Position numbers and translations under genes: made by a program. A stretch of 62,743 nt of DNA, filler included, from Babesia bigemina (Eukaryota), in assembly GCF_000981445.1 (NCBI RefSeq). It is 12 parts of 12 records of this genome, joined end to end, with 100 filler letters (N's around TTAATTAATTAA, not from the genome) between each part and the next. Parts side by side here need not be neighbours in the genome. Positions count along the whole stretch, not along the records: positions 33,929 to 53,745 come from NW_012236925.1; 11 more parts are not named here. The stretch is one strand, 5' to 3'. The first letter of the stretch is position 1; every line of letters begins with the position of its first letter. The notes under the pieces are model-generated. The model searched no databases, was not told the origin of the DNA, and saw nothing but the letters and a program-made list of their open reading frames with translations. Positions 33,929-45,780 of the stretch are shown here, piece by piece.

Positions 33929-36096
33929 TCGTTCCTTTATCCACTCCTCATCGCTCCTTTATCCACTCCTCATCGCTCCCTAACCCACTCTACATCGCCC
34001 CTTAACCCACTCTACATCGCCCCTTAACCCACTCCACATCGCCCCTTTAAGCACTCCACATCGCTCCCTAATCCACTCTACATCGCTCCCTAACCCACTC
34101 CACATCGCCCTTAACCCACTCCACATCGCCCCTTAACCCACTCTACATCGCCCCTTAACCCACTCCACATCGCCCTTAACCCACTCCACATCGCCCCTTA
34201 ACCCACTCTACATCGCCCCTTTATCCACTCTACATCGCTCCCTAACCCACTCTACATCGCCCCTTAACCCACTCTACATCGCCCCTTAACCCACTCTACA
34301 TCGCCCCTTAACCCACTCTTCATCGCCCCTTTATCCACTCTACATCGCTCCCTAACCCACTCTACATCGCCCCTTTATCCACTCTACATCGCCCCTTTAT
34401 CCACTCTACATCACCCCTTATCCACTCTACATCGCTCCCTAACCCACTCTACATCGCCCCTTATCCACTCTACATCGCTCCTTTATCCACCTTACATCGC
34501 CCCTTTATCCACTCCACATCGCTCCTTTACCCACCTTACATCGCTCCCTAACCCACTCTACATCGCCCCTTTATCCACCTTACATCGCTTATCTATCCAC
34601 TCTACATCGCTCCCTTATCCACTCCACATCGCTCCCTAACCCACTCTACATCGCTCCCTAACCCACTCTACATCGCCCCTTTACCCACTCTACATCGCCC
34701 CTTTATCCACTCTACATCGCTCCTTATCCACTCTACATCGCTCCCTAACCCACTCTACATCGCCCCTTTAACCACTCCACATCTCCCCTTTACCCACTCT
34801 ACATCGCTCCCTTATCCACTCTACATCGCTCCTTTATCCACTCTACATCGCTCCCTAACCCACTCCACATCGCCCCTTATCCACCTTACATCACTCCCTT
34901 ATCCACTCTACATCGCCCCTTTATCCACTCTACATCGCTCCTTATCCACTCTACATCGCTCCCTAACCCACTCTACATCGCTCCTTTATCCACTCCACAT
35001 CGCTCCTTTATCCACTCCACATCGCCTTTTATCCACCTTACATCGCTCCCTAACCCACTCTACATCGCTCCCTAACCCACTCTACATCGCTCCTTATCCA
35101 CTCTACATCGCCCCTTAAACCACTCTACATCGCTCCCTAACCCACTCTACATCGCTCCCTAACCCACTCCACATCGCTCCCTAATCCACTCTACATCGCC
35201 CCTTTATTCACTCTACATCGCTCCTTTATCCACTTTACATCGCTCCCTAATCCACCCTACATCGCCCCTTTATCCACTCTACATCGCCCCTTTATCCACT
35301 CTACATCGCTCCCTAACCCACTCTACATCGCTCCTTTATCCACTTTACATCGCTCCCTAATCCACCCTACATCGCCCCTTTATCCACTCTACATCGCCCC
35401 TTTATCCACTCTACATCGCTCCCTTAACCCACTCTACATCGCCCTTTATCCACTCTACATCGCTCCTTTACCCACTCCACATCGCCCTTTTATCCACTCT
35501 ACATCGCCCCTTTATCCACTCTACATCGCCCCTTTATCCACCCTACATCGCCCTTTTATCCACTCTACATCGCCCCTTTATCCACTCTACATCGCTCCCT
35601 CACCCACTCTACATCGCTCCCTAACCCACTCTACATCGCCCCTTTATCCACTCTACATCGCTCCCTTACCCACTCTACATCGCCCCTTTATCCACTCAAC
35701 ATCGCCCCTTAACACACACTACATCGCCCCTTTATCCACCCTACATCGCCCTTTTATCCACTCTACATCGCCCCTTTATCCACTCTACATCGCTCCCTCA
35801 CCCACTCTACATCGCTCCCTAACCCACTCTACATCGCCCCTTTATCCACTCTACATCGCTCCCTTACCCACTCTACATCGCCCCTTTATCCACTCTACAT
35901 CGCCCCTTTATCCACCCTTCATCGCCCCTTTGTCCACTCCACATCGCCCCTTTACCCACTCTACATCGCCCCTTATCCACTCTACATCGCTCCCTAACCC
36001 ACCTTACATCGCCCCTTTATCCACTCTACATCGCTCCTTATCCACTCTACATCGCTCCTTCACCTCCTCTAATCGCTCCCTTATCCACTCTACATC
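33929..36096. repeat. 22-23-bp C-rich satellite upstream of ves gene
   Basis: Same unit; ends at CTACATC-CCTCGAATTACC. Confidence 0.97.
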
Positions 36097-36124
36097 CCTC
36101 GAATTACCTTGCCATAATACCGAT

Positions 36125-36259
36125 ATGACCTCTTTAGACCACAATAATAACTTGTCACTTGTCACCCTTCACTTCCCCTCATCCACCTCTTGCCACTGCC
36201 CTGACCATGTGCAGCCTAGGGAGCTTGACATGAAATTTGACAAAATTTTGAACCTATAA
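36125..36259 (+). other. 44-codon upstream ORF in conserved ves leader, in frame with main ORF
   Basis: ATG 36125, TAA 36257-36259; main ATG 279 nt downstream at 36404. Confidence 0.65.
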
Positions 36260-36403
36260 AACACCTTAAATAACAACCCTACTAACATCCTTAATAACCT
36301 TTGCTCTGGCCTCGAAAAATTCCTCGGCTTCAACTCTGCTTCCAAAGGCTACGATGGCAGTGGGATAGTGTACTCCGACCTTGACAGGCTGTGTGACGGG
36401 GTG

Positions 36404-39400
36404 ATGGGATTTTTGAGTGGTGTGCTAAGTGCGGTGAAGGATGAAAATGAAGTGACAACTTATGATAATGGCGCAAAAAACATTAAAAAAATAATAGACA
36501 CTCTAGAAAAAAATTTAGGTAACGGTCCGCAAAAATTTACTGACGCTCTTAGTGCGGTAAGTGACTGGTTGAATGATTACTTTACGCAGGTTGAAAAATA
36601 TACTGTCAACGTTACTAGTGAACTACAAGTGTTAAAGGACGATAAAGTGTCTGCACATATAAGATCTGTAGCAGGTCAAGGAACTCAGAACCTTGAAACG
36701 CAGTTGAAGGCGTGGACAACCAGGTTACCTATAATTTTTGGTGAGGTCGACAATATTGAAACTCAACACGTGATGAAGCTGGACAATAGATTGAAAACTG
36801 AAATTATGCATGAAACTAGGCATATCAAGGAAGCCGTTAAGATGCTTGGGGACTCCGCTGCGGAAAAGGAATTTGGGAGTCAGGCCAAATTGGTTGATGA
36901 GACGTTAATACAAGAGAGAAAAAAATTAGACTCCGCGATTGAAAATGAACATAAGAGAGTTCGTGAAATTTTGCAAAAAGAATTCGATAAGCTGTGGATG
37001 GAAGTGAAGAATCTGAACAGAGCTAGATCAACGCATTTTCAAAACATCATTGAACGCTTGAATGAAGCCGAAGCATTTATAAATAATGATTTCGACTGGC
37101 AATATAGAAACCAAATCGAAACCCTTTTTAAACATTTGAAAGATGAGATGGTGTCAATTGATCGGACGAATGAACCTGCAGGTGCCAAAGACAAGAAGTC
37201 CAACCTCAACGTGAAATTCAGTGAGTTGATAGACACCGTTAAGATGGTAGGTGATAAGATTGGTACCGAAAATACTGCGCTAGACAAATGGAAACATGCT
37301 GCAATGGATGCCATTCTAAAAGCAGATGTAAAGTGTGAGGAGATTGTTAAGAAGTTGAAAGGGGAGGGGGACACCGGTAAAGAGGGAGAGAAGAGGGGAG
37401 TCACTGATGCAGCACAAGAATTACAAACAAAAGCCGATGATCTACGAACAAAAGCGTACACTGCTAAACAAAAGGTTACTGCAAAAGTTAAAGAAGCGTT
37501 GAAGGCGGTTGGAACAATGAATGAAGACCTGAAGAAGGATTTGTTTAAAGTGAAGGAGGCGTTGAAAGATGCCATTATACAGTTGGCAGAAACGTTGGAA
37601 ACGAATTTGAAGCAGGATTTAATTCAGTTGGAGCAGGGAGTTAAGGGTGTGTTCAAAACACTCAAAGACAGTACATCCGGATTTTACACAAAATTTCAAC
37701 AAAATAAAGACGCGCTGAAACGTGCTATTCAGAATGTATCGGACGACCTTGGGAAGATGACTGATTTAAATCGGATCGCTACGATTGAAGGTCTTCAGTC
37801 TAAAACAACATTACTCCAGGCTCTTCAGAAAGGCAATGCATTCAATGAACTCATGTCGTATTTTGAGAAACTTAACAGTGAAGTTATGACGCCTTTGAAG
37901 AAGGCAATGACGGCGATAGGTGTTGGATGGAAAACCTTTGTTTACGGTACGACACTTCACGATGCACAAGGTGCGGTTAGAACCGCGGATGCTGAACTTC
38001 AAGTGCTTAGAAGTAATTTCAAAGGTGGAGATTCATTTGCAGGGATTCATAGTCTGAGGGACCAGTTGACGCAATACGGCATTACAATAGACGGTGTGGA
38101 TGATCTCAAGTCAAAGCTTTATAGTGTTGCACCTACGGTTGTGGAAAAGTCCAAATCGTTTCTGTCAATTTCTAAGGATGACGCTGAAAAAATAATACCG
38201 GAACTTGGAGCCATAGGAGAAGCCGTCGCAGATCATTCCAAAACTTTAGTAACCGAGGTCATGAATAAGATCAGACAGAAAGTACCCGAAGAAGTCAAAG
38301 CTGTGGCTGAAGTGTTGAAAGCTAGAGCAATCAAGTGTACAAACCTAGTCACTCAGGCATCCGTTGATGTCAAAGAGTTTGGTTTAAATGGCGTGGAGGG
38401 TACAGTAACTGGTCTCGAAACGTTAGTAAGTGATTTCAATAGTAATATCAAAACTGTCGTTGATAATTTGGAAGATAATGTTGGTGCGAAATTCCCCAAA
38501 GCTCCGGACGGTCGAATAAATCTCGACGGTGAAATCAATTTCATGAAGCAATTCAAACAAACACGCCATAAGGCCAAACTTGGGCAGCTATCAAACAGAA
38601 GTGGAGATCATAATGATGTGCTCGATCAGCAGTTGCCGAGTGCTAATTCTTCAGTTGACTTAACTAAGCCAAACGGTCTAGATAAATATACGCAGCACGT
38701 TAAACAAAACCCTGACAGCTTCGCCACCCATTCCACTTCCAACATGGAGAACATCGAAAGCGATAGCAAACTCCCATACGCCATCAAAGAAATATTTACA
38801 ACTCTTCATGACGCAAATCATTTAGGAAAGGTTGATTATGGTGGGGCTGGTACAGATACACATACTTTTGACAGTCAAACCTTCACAAAATTACATGAAA
38901 AAATGACCGCCAATCTCAACAAATTTACCGAAGTAATCGAGAAATTGGTAAATGGTGGCGGTGTTTCAAACTCCGATCTTGAAGATTATTTAAAGAGGCT
39001 GAAAAATATGCTTGACAAGGACGCAGAAACATATTATGGTGCGTCCATCACAGGGTTAAAAAAGATTAGGCTGGAGCTGGGCCAATTGCAATCCAGAATT
39101 GTTCAGGCCACCTCCACCGATGCCGCCAAACAGGAAATCGATATCATCATTCAGAAACTCGAAGAACTTCCTAAGGCTGTTGATGAGCAGAGGGCTGTGG
39201 CGTTGAAACATGTAGGTGAGTTAAGACGCTCGTTGGAACAGCAAATCACATTCATTCGCCAAGCCGTCGAGACAGCTGATTACGAGTTGAAAGAATCAAT
39301 TAAAACCGTTCGAGCTACATTAAAAGAAGCACATGAGAACAACAAACTAGCGGCTTCACATCTCAGAACTACATTGCTTGACACTACTAAAAGGGGATTT

Positions 39401-42358
39401 GAGGAAATTACTTTGCAGGTTCAATCGTTCTTCGCTGAGCAGAAAATGGCAGACTTAGCAGGTCTACAAAAATTAATTGACAGGCAAATGAAAAACATCA
39501 AACGCATCATCGGAAAACACCTGTCCACCGACCTAAAAGGCTTCCTGAAAACACTTCAATGCGGATCCATTAAAGTTACTACAAATAAAAATATCAAGCT
39601 ACTCACTGACCTCGCATCTGCAATCTCTCGGTCACCCGCCCACAATCCCTCCCATCTCAAACATCTCGCCGAGGCCTTCCACGACTTCTGCCAGCCCCTC
39701 CACACTTACCTCCTCGGAGAGATCACACGAGCCAACCTAAACAATTCCGGCACCACCCCCAATTACTCCGCCCGTCTAAAAAGTATTTTCACCGCCTTTT
39801 CCACCCTCCTCCCCCATCTCAGAGAGGCAAACAAGTACGACCACCGGGTCCCCTCCATGCTGTCCAACCTCCGCGACGCTCTCACAGTCCTCAAGCCTGA
39901 CGGCTTTTCCACGCCGAACAGTTCCACACTGGACTGCATCACGAGCGGGCTCACGAAATTCGCGGATGAGCTGGACAAGGCGTACATATCGGTGTATGAT
40001 GGGCAGGGGTTTGAGGGTAAGGTTGTAGAGGAGACGGGTACCGTAGAGGTTTACACCACCGGAGTGTATCCGGTATATCTATCGACCGAGTACGGAAAGA
40101 AGTGCGCCAAGGTGTTTTGCACGGCGCTCGAAATACTGTTCCACGATCTATCTGAGTTGAGGGAGGAATGCAAACGCGATTGGAAGGATCTGAACATTTG
40201 TATGCACCCCGGTGAGGACATTGAAAATGGCCTAGCCTCATACCTGAAAAACTGTGGTTACGGAGTGCCAAGCAAGCAAGGCGTGCAGGACGGGGAGTTG
40301 AGGTACGGAGAAAGTTGGACTGGTGAGAGTATACGTGCAACTCTGCTCATCAAGCAACATGACGCTACTCTAACGCGTACAGCATTTAGACTTGTCTACG
40401 ACACTGACGACAAGGATGACGAGCAAAGCGCACCAACGCATAGTGTCCTTAAGCAGCTCATCGACTATCTTATACGCTTCTACCAAGTTTGTCACCACGA
40501 CACCGCTACGTCAACCAAATATCCTTCCAATGTCTACCAAATGTTAACGTGGCTTAGTGGCCTACCTCACAGTACCGTATATGACAAATTGTACCTTAAT
40601 GGATTCGCTGAACTGTTCGAGAAAAAGGATAACCAAGGGGAGAACAGTGACGGAGGCATCACGTTCGAAATCGGAGGTGACGGAAGCGACGGATCTTCTA
40701 TCGCTGTTAGCACCAAAGAGGACAATAAGTTGGAAGCATATCCTGTATCCATTACACCCGCAGGTCTTTCAGACATCCTCACAGCAGTATGCTCCGGCGC
40801 CCACGACGTACTTACCAGCGTACTTGGACACGGTCACGCGGGTGGTCGTTATGCCTGTGACTTTAACACTAACCCCGATAAATTCTCGTACCCCGCCGAC
40901 ATGGTAACGTTAGCATGTTGGCTGTATGATATCCTCAGACGCGTACACCATCAGCTCTATTTCTTGTACCAGCAGTGTTATCACAACACTGAACGCAACG
41001 GGTGGGCTGAGTGCTATTATGGCCGGTACGTCGCTGGATCATCGTGGCAGTGCAACAGGATGCAGTGCCCTGACCAAACATGTGAGCAAAAGTGTAAGCA
41101 AACATGTAACCAAATACACAACCAAAAGGGTGACCAACACCCTAACTGCGGACTAAAGTCGCCGCTTCAATCTTTCTTAGAAGATGGTTTACAAGGGTTC
41201 TTACCGCATAACGTCAAGTTTGAAAGGGGGAAAATGGAATGTTCAGTTAAAGGTCATTTCAATTTGCCGTGTAAAACGCCCATGGGTTTCGGAAATATAA
41301 GCGACCTGGCGTCACATACGCAGCGAGGCAGGCATATCTACGAAGCGCTTAAGAGACTCTGCGGAGATGAAAGGTCTCCTCTCCCCAAGCTCTGCGGCCA
41401 ACTGAGCTGTCTTTTGCCAAGCGCTCCCAAGACGCTTGACGACATGTTCGGTTTCTATTACCGATTGCTCAGAGGGTGGAATAGTAATTACCCTAGGCGC
41501 CAGGAGCACAGAGAGACAGCTTTAGAAGGTGCTGTCAAAGATGCCAATTTCGGGAATGAAGAAACCAAGCTGGACGTCACTACAATATTTAAAAAGAACG
41601 ATCATGGCTCGAAGGAAAATATGACGCATCTCACCGGAGATCTCTATGCTCTTGTCGACTGTAACGGCATGACATCATCTGCTCCATCCCATCCATGTGG
41701 CCGCTATATGCGACCGATTTGTCATGACATGTGCGGTACCTTTACAAAAGAGAACGCCGACAAATATTTGTCGTGGATTGTTTACTGCACCGAGACGTTC
41801 CTTCAGTTGTTGAAACAGCTGTACGAAGAATGTGCCAAAAATTGTGACGGGGAGAGACCTAAGTGCCGTGTCAGTAAATGTAGGAATGGGTGCAAAGCCT
41901 ACAACCTCCCCGCAGCTGACGGCTCCACTCACATAGAATCCTGCAATTCAATTGTAAATTGCAAGTTCATGCGTCCCACATTCTACAAATATGGCTTGGT
42001 ACTTGGAGATTGCAGAAGTCTATCTGCCAAGACGACAAAGCGCACGTGCAAAGATTTGTGTATTGTATTGAAGAGCGTGACTAACGAAATAGAAGTGGAT
42101 GGACATCCGCTTGCCAAATTGGTCCATGTTACTATTCCCCAATTCATCTTCACCATACGCGCCCCCTTCATCTGGCTCAACGTCGCGCTCTGGCTCCTCT
42201 CTCTCCTCTACCTCACCCACATCATGGTCATCCGCCTCGACCTCCTCCACATCAAGTCACACTTACACTCACCCTCATCACATCGCATAGCTGCTCAATC
42301 ACTACTCGCCGCTGCACGTGTTAACAAGCTTAACAGAGTGTTTTACCTGCAACCATAA
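36404..42358 (+). CDS. ves: VESA1-like variant erythrocyte surface antigen, 1984 aa
   Basis: Intact ORF from MGFLSGVL to RVNKLNRVFYLQP with all family motifs and TM. Confidence 0.9.
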   Translation: MGFLSGVLSAVKDENEVTTYDNGAKNIKKIIDTLEKNLGNGPQKFTDALSAVSDWLNDYFTQVEKYTVNVTSELQVLKDDKVSAHIRSVAGQGTQNLETQLKAWTTRLPIIFGEVDNIETQHVMKLDNRLKTEIMHETRHIKEAVKMLGDSAAEKEFGSQAKLVDETLIQERKKLDSAIENEHKRVREILQKEFDKLWMEVKNLNRARSTHFQNIIERLNEAEAFINNDFDWQYRNQIETLFKHLKDEMVSIDRTNEPAGAKDKKSNLNVKFSELIDTVKMVGDKIGTENTALDKWKHAAMDAILKADVKCEEIVKKLKGEGDTGKEGEKRGVTDAAQELQTKADDLRTKAYTAKQKVTAKVKEALKAVGTMNEDLKKDLFKVKEALKDAIIQLAETLETNLKQDLIQLEQGVKGVFKTLKDSTSGFYTKFQQNKDALKRAIQNVSDDLGKMTDLNRIATIEGLQSKTTLLQALQKGNAFNELMSYFEKLNSEVMTPLKKAMTAIGVGWKTFVYGTTLHDAQGAVRTADAELQVLRSNFKGGDSFAGIHSLRDQLTQYGITIDGVDDLKSKLYSVAPTVVEKSKSFLSISKDDAEKIIPELGAIGEAVADHSKTLVTEVMNKIRQKVPEEVKAVAEVLKARAIKCTNLVTQASVDVKEFGLNGVEGTVTGLETLVSDFNSNIKTVVDNLEDNVGAKFPKAPDGRINLDGEINFMKQFKQTRHKAKLGQLSNRSGDHNDVLDQQLPSANSSVDLTKPNGLDKYTQHVKQNPDSFATHSTSNMENIESDSKLPYAIKEIFTTLHDANHLGKVDYGGAGTDTHTFDSQTFTKLHEKMTANLNKFTEVIEKLVNGGGVSNSDLEDYLKRLKNMLDKDAETYYGASITGLKKIRLELGQLQSRIVQATSTDAAKQEIDIIIQKLEELPKAVDEQRAVALKHVGELRRSLEQQITFIRQAVETADYELKESIKTVRATLKEAHENNKLAASHLRTTLLDTTKRGFEEITLQVQSFFAEQKMADLAGLQKLIDRQMKNIKRIIGKHLSTDLKGFLKTLQCGSIKVTTNKNIKLLTDLASAISRSPAHNPSHLKHLAEAFHDFCQPLHTYLLGEITRANLNNSGTTPNYSARLKSIFTAFSTLLPHLREANKYDHRVPSMLSNLRDALTVLKPDGFSTPNSSTLDCITSGLTKFADELDKAYISVYDGQGFEGKVVEETGTVEVYTTGVYPVYLSTEYGKKCAKVFCTALEILFHDLSELREECKRDWKDLNICMHPGEDIENGLASYLKNCGYGVPSKQGVQDGELRYGESWTGESIRATLLIKQHDATLTRTAFRLVYDTDDKDDEQSAPTHSVLKQLIDYLIRFYQVCHHDTATSTKYPSNVYQMLTWLSGLPHSTVYDKLYLNGFAELFEKKDNQGENSDGGITFEIGGDGSDGSSIAVSTKEDNKLEAYPVSITPAGLSDILTAVCSGAHDVLTSVLGHGHAGGRYACDFNTNPDKFSYPADMVTLACWLYDILRRVHHQLYFLYQQCYHNTERNGWAECYYGRYVAGSSWQCNRMQCPDQTCEQKCKQTCNQIHNQKGDQHPNCGLKSPLQSFLEDGLQGFLPHNVKFERGKMECSVKGHFNLPCKTPMGFGNISDLASHTQRGRHIYEALKRLCGDERSPLPKLCGQLSCLLPSAPKTLDDMFGFYYRLLRGWNSNYPRRQEHRETALEGAVKDANFGNEETKLDVTTIFKKNDHGSKENMTHLTGDLYALVDCNGMTSSAPSHPCGRYMRPICHDMCGTFTKENADKYLSWIVYCTETFLQLLKQLYEECAKNCDGERPKCRVSKCRNGCKAYNLPAADGSTHIESCNSIVNCKFMRPTFYKYGLVLGDCRSLSAKTTKRTCKDLCIVLKSVTNEIEVDGHPLAKLVHVTIPQFIFTIRAPFIWLNVALWLLSLLYLTHIMVIRLDLLHIKSHLHSPSSHRIAAQSLLAAARVNKLNRVFYLQP

Positions 42359-42479
42359 TCGTACTCACGTGTTCAATATCTACACTCACCTAGCATCACC
42401 TACTCACCTAACTTATGAATTGTGCTTTAATCTGTTGCATCACTCATTAATCGTTGTATGTGGTTGTGTAATAGTTAAC

Positions 42480-42875
42480 TAAAGTGTTGACCAATGTGCT
42501 GCCCAATGCTGTAACTAAGGTGCTGACCAATGCCATGACCAACGTGCTGACCAAAGTGCTGACCAAGGTGCTGACCAAGGTGCTGACCAACGTGTTGACC
42601 AAAGTGGTGACCAACGTGCTGACCAAGGTGCTGACCAAAGTGGTGACCAAAGTGGTGACCAACGTGTTGACCAACGTGCTGACCAAGATGCTGACCAACG
42701 TGCTGACCAAGTTCTGACCAAAGTACTGACCAAGGTGCTGACCAAAGTACTGACCAATGTGCTGACCAATGCCATGACCAATGTGCTGACCAAGGTGCTG
42801 ACCAAAGTGGTGACCAAAGTGGTGACCAACGTGTTGACCAACGTGCTGACCAACGTGCTGACCAACGTGTTGACC
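42480..42875. repeat. 12-bp minisatellite
   Basis: GTGCTGACCAAN units. Confidence 0.95.
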
Positions 42876-43358
42876 TAGCACCCAGGCAAAGTGCTGACTT
42901 AGCAACCAGGCAAAGTGCTAAGCTAGCAACCAGGCAACGTGCTAAGCTAGCAACCAGGCAACGTGCTAAGCTAGCAACCAGGCAAAGTGCTAAGCTAGCA
43001 ACCAGGCAAAGTGCTAAGCTAGCAACCAGGCTAAGTGTTGACCTAGCAACCAGGCAAAGTGCTAACCTTGCACGCAGGCAAAGTGGTAAGCAAGCACACA
43101 AGCAACGTGCTGACCTAGCAACCAGGCAAAGTGGTAAGCTAGCACTCAGGCAAAGTGGTAAGCTAGCACCCAGGCAAAGTGCTGACCTAGCAACCACGCA
43201 AAGTGCTAAGCTAGCACCCAGGCTAAGTGGTAAGCTGGCAACCGAGCTAAGTGCTAACCTAGCACCCAGGCAACGTGTTGACCTAGCACTCAGGCAAAGT
43301 GCTAACCTAGCAACCAGGCAAAGTGCTAAGCTAGCAACTAGGCAAAGTGCTAAGCTGG
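42863..43358. repeat. 24-bp tandem repeat, ~20 units
   Basis: GGCAAAGTGCTAAGCTAGCAACCA units. Confidence 0.95.
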
Positions 43359-43870
43359 CGGATGAACCATAATTTGGTGGGTGTTGTAGCACGTTGATTG
43401 CCTGGTGTGTTGAGTTGTGCGTTGACTGTGAGTGGTGTCCGCGTTGCCCTTTGAGTCAGTGTCACGTGAGGCTGGGTGATTGGTCGCTAACGTAGGCGGC
43501 CGTGAGGGCCGCGGCGGGTGACCTAAGTCGTGTGTGCGAGTCACTGGCAGGGTGGCGTAATCGGCGTTGGCCCGGTTAAGTAGCATTTATAGGCGGCGAT
43601 GTAGCGATAGTTAATATCACATTTAGGCACGTAGCCGACACGCTCCGCCAGTATGGCGCCTATACCGCGGCTCGTAGCACGGTGCTGCTGCACTGTGGGA
43701 GTTGAGCGCACGGGGTTCGCTGCAATATGTATGGCGTTACGAATAGTGAATAATTTAGAGTGACAGTTGGTGCTGATCACATGCGTCGCGTCAGGGCATC
43801 TGTGGTATCCCGGGCAGCGTGGGTGTCGGTGGCCTGGGCTGGGGGGATACAGGGGTGAGGGTAAGTGTTC
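43359..43870. other. Conserved GC-rich block, second copy
   Basis: Colinear with 6389-6890. Confidence 0.6.
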
Positions 43871-43872
43871 AT

Positions 43873-44112
43873 GAGGGGAGTGGGAGCGGCAGTGGTAGTG
43901 TTGCAGTTGGTGAGTGCTTTGCTAGGTGATTGATATGTTCGCAGGCTGAGGGGACTGGGAGCGGCAGTGGCAGTGTTGCGGTTGGTGAGTGCGTTGCTTG
44001 AGTGATTGACATGTTCGCAGGTTGAGTGGACTGGGAGCGGCAGTGGCAGTGTTGCGGTTGGTGAGTGCGTTGCTTGAGTGATTGACATGTTCGCAGGTTG
44101 AGTGGACTGGGA
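43873..44112 (+). repeat. ~75-bp intron/exon-like tandem repeat
   Basis: GTGAGT...GCAG segments 43910-43944, 43985-44020 and 44061-44096, separated by 40-nt segments. Confidence 0.8.
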
Positions 44113-44124
44113 GGGAGAGGGAAG

Positions 44125-44666
44125 ATGTCGAGGTTTGTGTCAGGGGATCCGTGTACCAACTGCGGTTATAAATGTAAAAGATTTACCGTATGTAATTGTT
44201 GTCCCTGGTGTTGTAAAATATGTAGGGAGGATGGCTATTGCGAATTCTGTTTCGGCAAATTTTTAATGCAGCGCAAACATAGCAGCGAATGCCATCCTGA
44301 AGGATGTGAAAAGCAAACAAATAAGTGTACTGAACCAACATGTAAATGTAAATGTTGCATAAAGAAATGTGAAGATCATCCTGAATCCTGCATTCCCCCT
44401 CCCCCGCCTCCCCCTGCTGTACCTGTTAGTCAGCCTCACGCCGTCATTCAAGAGGATCCGTCCCATACGGAAACTGTAAAACAAGACGACGAGTCTCAAT
44501 CTCCTACAAGTTTTCCCCTGACCCCCAGACCATCGCCGCCGTCATCGTTGCCATCATCGTCGCCATCATCCTGCTCGACATATGCATCTTCCGCTTCCCA
44601 GTCGGCCGCAACATCCGCGATTTCCTCGTCCGCAAGATACCCTTCTGCATCGCGTTTTACAGCTGA
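44125..44666 (+). CDS. Small Cys-rich TM protein, second paralog (~180 aa; one base missing near the C-run at 44522-44526)
   Basis: 20 Cys align with the 7170 protein. The TM and tail follow in the -1 frame, ending TGA 44664-44666; adding one C restores TPQTIAAVIVAIIVAIILLD. Confidence 0.8.
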
Positions 44667-45620
44667 TCACAGCAATTTATTTGCGCAAACATCGTAATCC
44701 AAATCCCGCTGATCACCTAACTGGCAACTGACATCTAATGTTGTGGACAGTAATGATTGCGTTGACGATCAATCACACGAGCAGTGAAGTAACTACTTCC
44801 CCCAAGCCATCGCCGCCGTCATCGTTGCCATCATCGTCGCCATCATCCTGCTCGACTTGTGCATCTTCCGCTTCCCGGTGGGCCGCAACATCCGCGATTT
44901 CCTCGTACGCAAGATACCTTTCTGCATCGCGTTCTACAGCTAATCTCAGCGATTTGTTAGCGCAAACATCGTAATCCTTATTCCACAGATCACCTAACTG
45001 GCAACTACACCTAATGTTGTAGACAGTAATGACTGCGTTGATGACCAATCACATGAGCAGTGAGGTGACTACTTCCCCCCCTTCCCCCCAAGCCATCGCC
45101 GCCGTCATCGTTGCCATCATCGTCGCCATCATCCTGCTCGACTTGTGCATCTTCCGCTTCCCGGTGGGCCGCAACATCCGCGATTTCCTCGTACGCAAGA
45201 TACCTTTCTGCATCGCGTTCTACAGCTAATCTCAGCGATTTGTTAGCGCAAACATCGTAATCCTTATTCCACAGATCACCTAACTGGCAACTACACCTAA
45301 TGTTGTAGACAGTAATGACTGCGTTGATGACCAATCACATGAGCAGTGAGGTGACCATGACCCTCCCTACTCCGCCATCGCCGCCGTCATCGTTGCCATC
45401 ATCGTCGCCATCATCCTGCTCGACCTGTGCATCTTCCGCTTCCCGGTGGGCCGCAACATCCGCGATTTCCTCGTACGCAAGATACCGTTCTGCATCGCAT
45501 TCTACAGCTAATCTCAGCAATTTGTTAGCGTAAACATTGTTAATCCAAATCTCACTGATCACCTAACTGGCAACTGACATCTAATGTTGTAGACAGAGGA
45601 ATGATTGCGTTGATGATCAA
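44528..45620 (+). repeat. Four tandem ~280-bp units, each TM+tail coding sequence plus 3' flank of the Cys-rich gene
   Basis: Stops at 44664, 44941, 45227 and 45509 (periods 277, 286, 282); unit 3 forms the 66-aa ORF 45029-45229. Confidence 0.9.
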
Positions 45621-45780
45621 TGCCATGACCAAAGTGCTGACCAATGTGCTGACCAATGCCATGACCAAAGTGCTGACCAAGCACCTTACCAGAGTGCTGA
45701 CCAACGTGTTGACCAACGTGTTGACCAACGTGTTGACCAATGTGTTGACCAATGCCATGACCAACGTGCTGACCAAGTTG
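45613..45780. repeat. 12-bp minisatellite
   Basis: GTG(C/T)TGACCAAN units. Confidence 0.93.

Noticed and set aside
42447..43392. ORFs over the 12- and 24-bp arrays (LVSTLV..., GQHVGQH..., LALCLVAS...; also 6044-6409, 29254-29553, 52526-53384)
   Set aside because: Stop-free frames arise automatically from repeats with periods divisible by 3. They are open on both strands with inconsistent starts and ends between copies.
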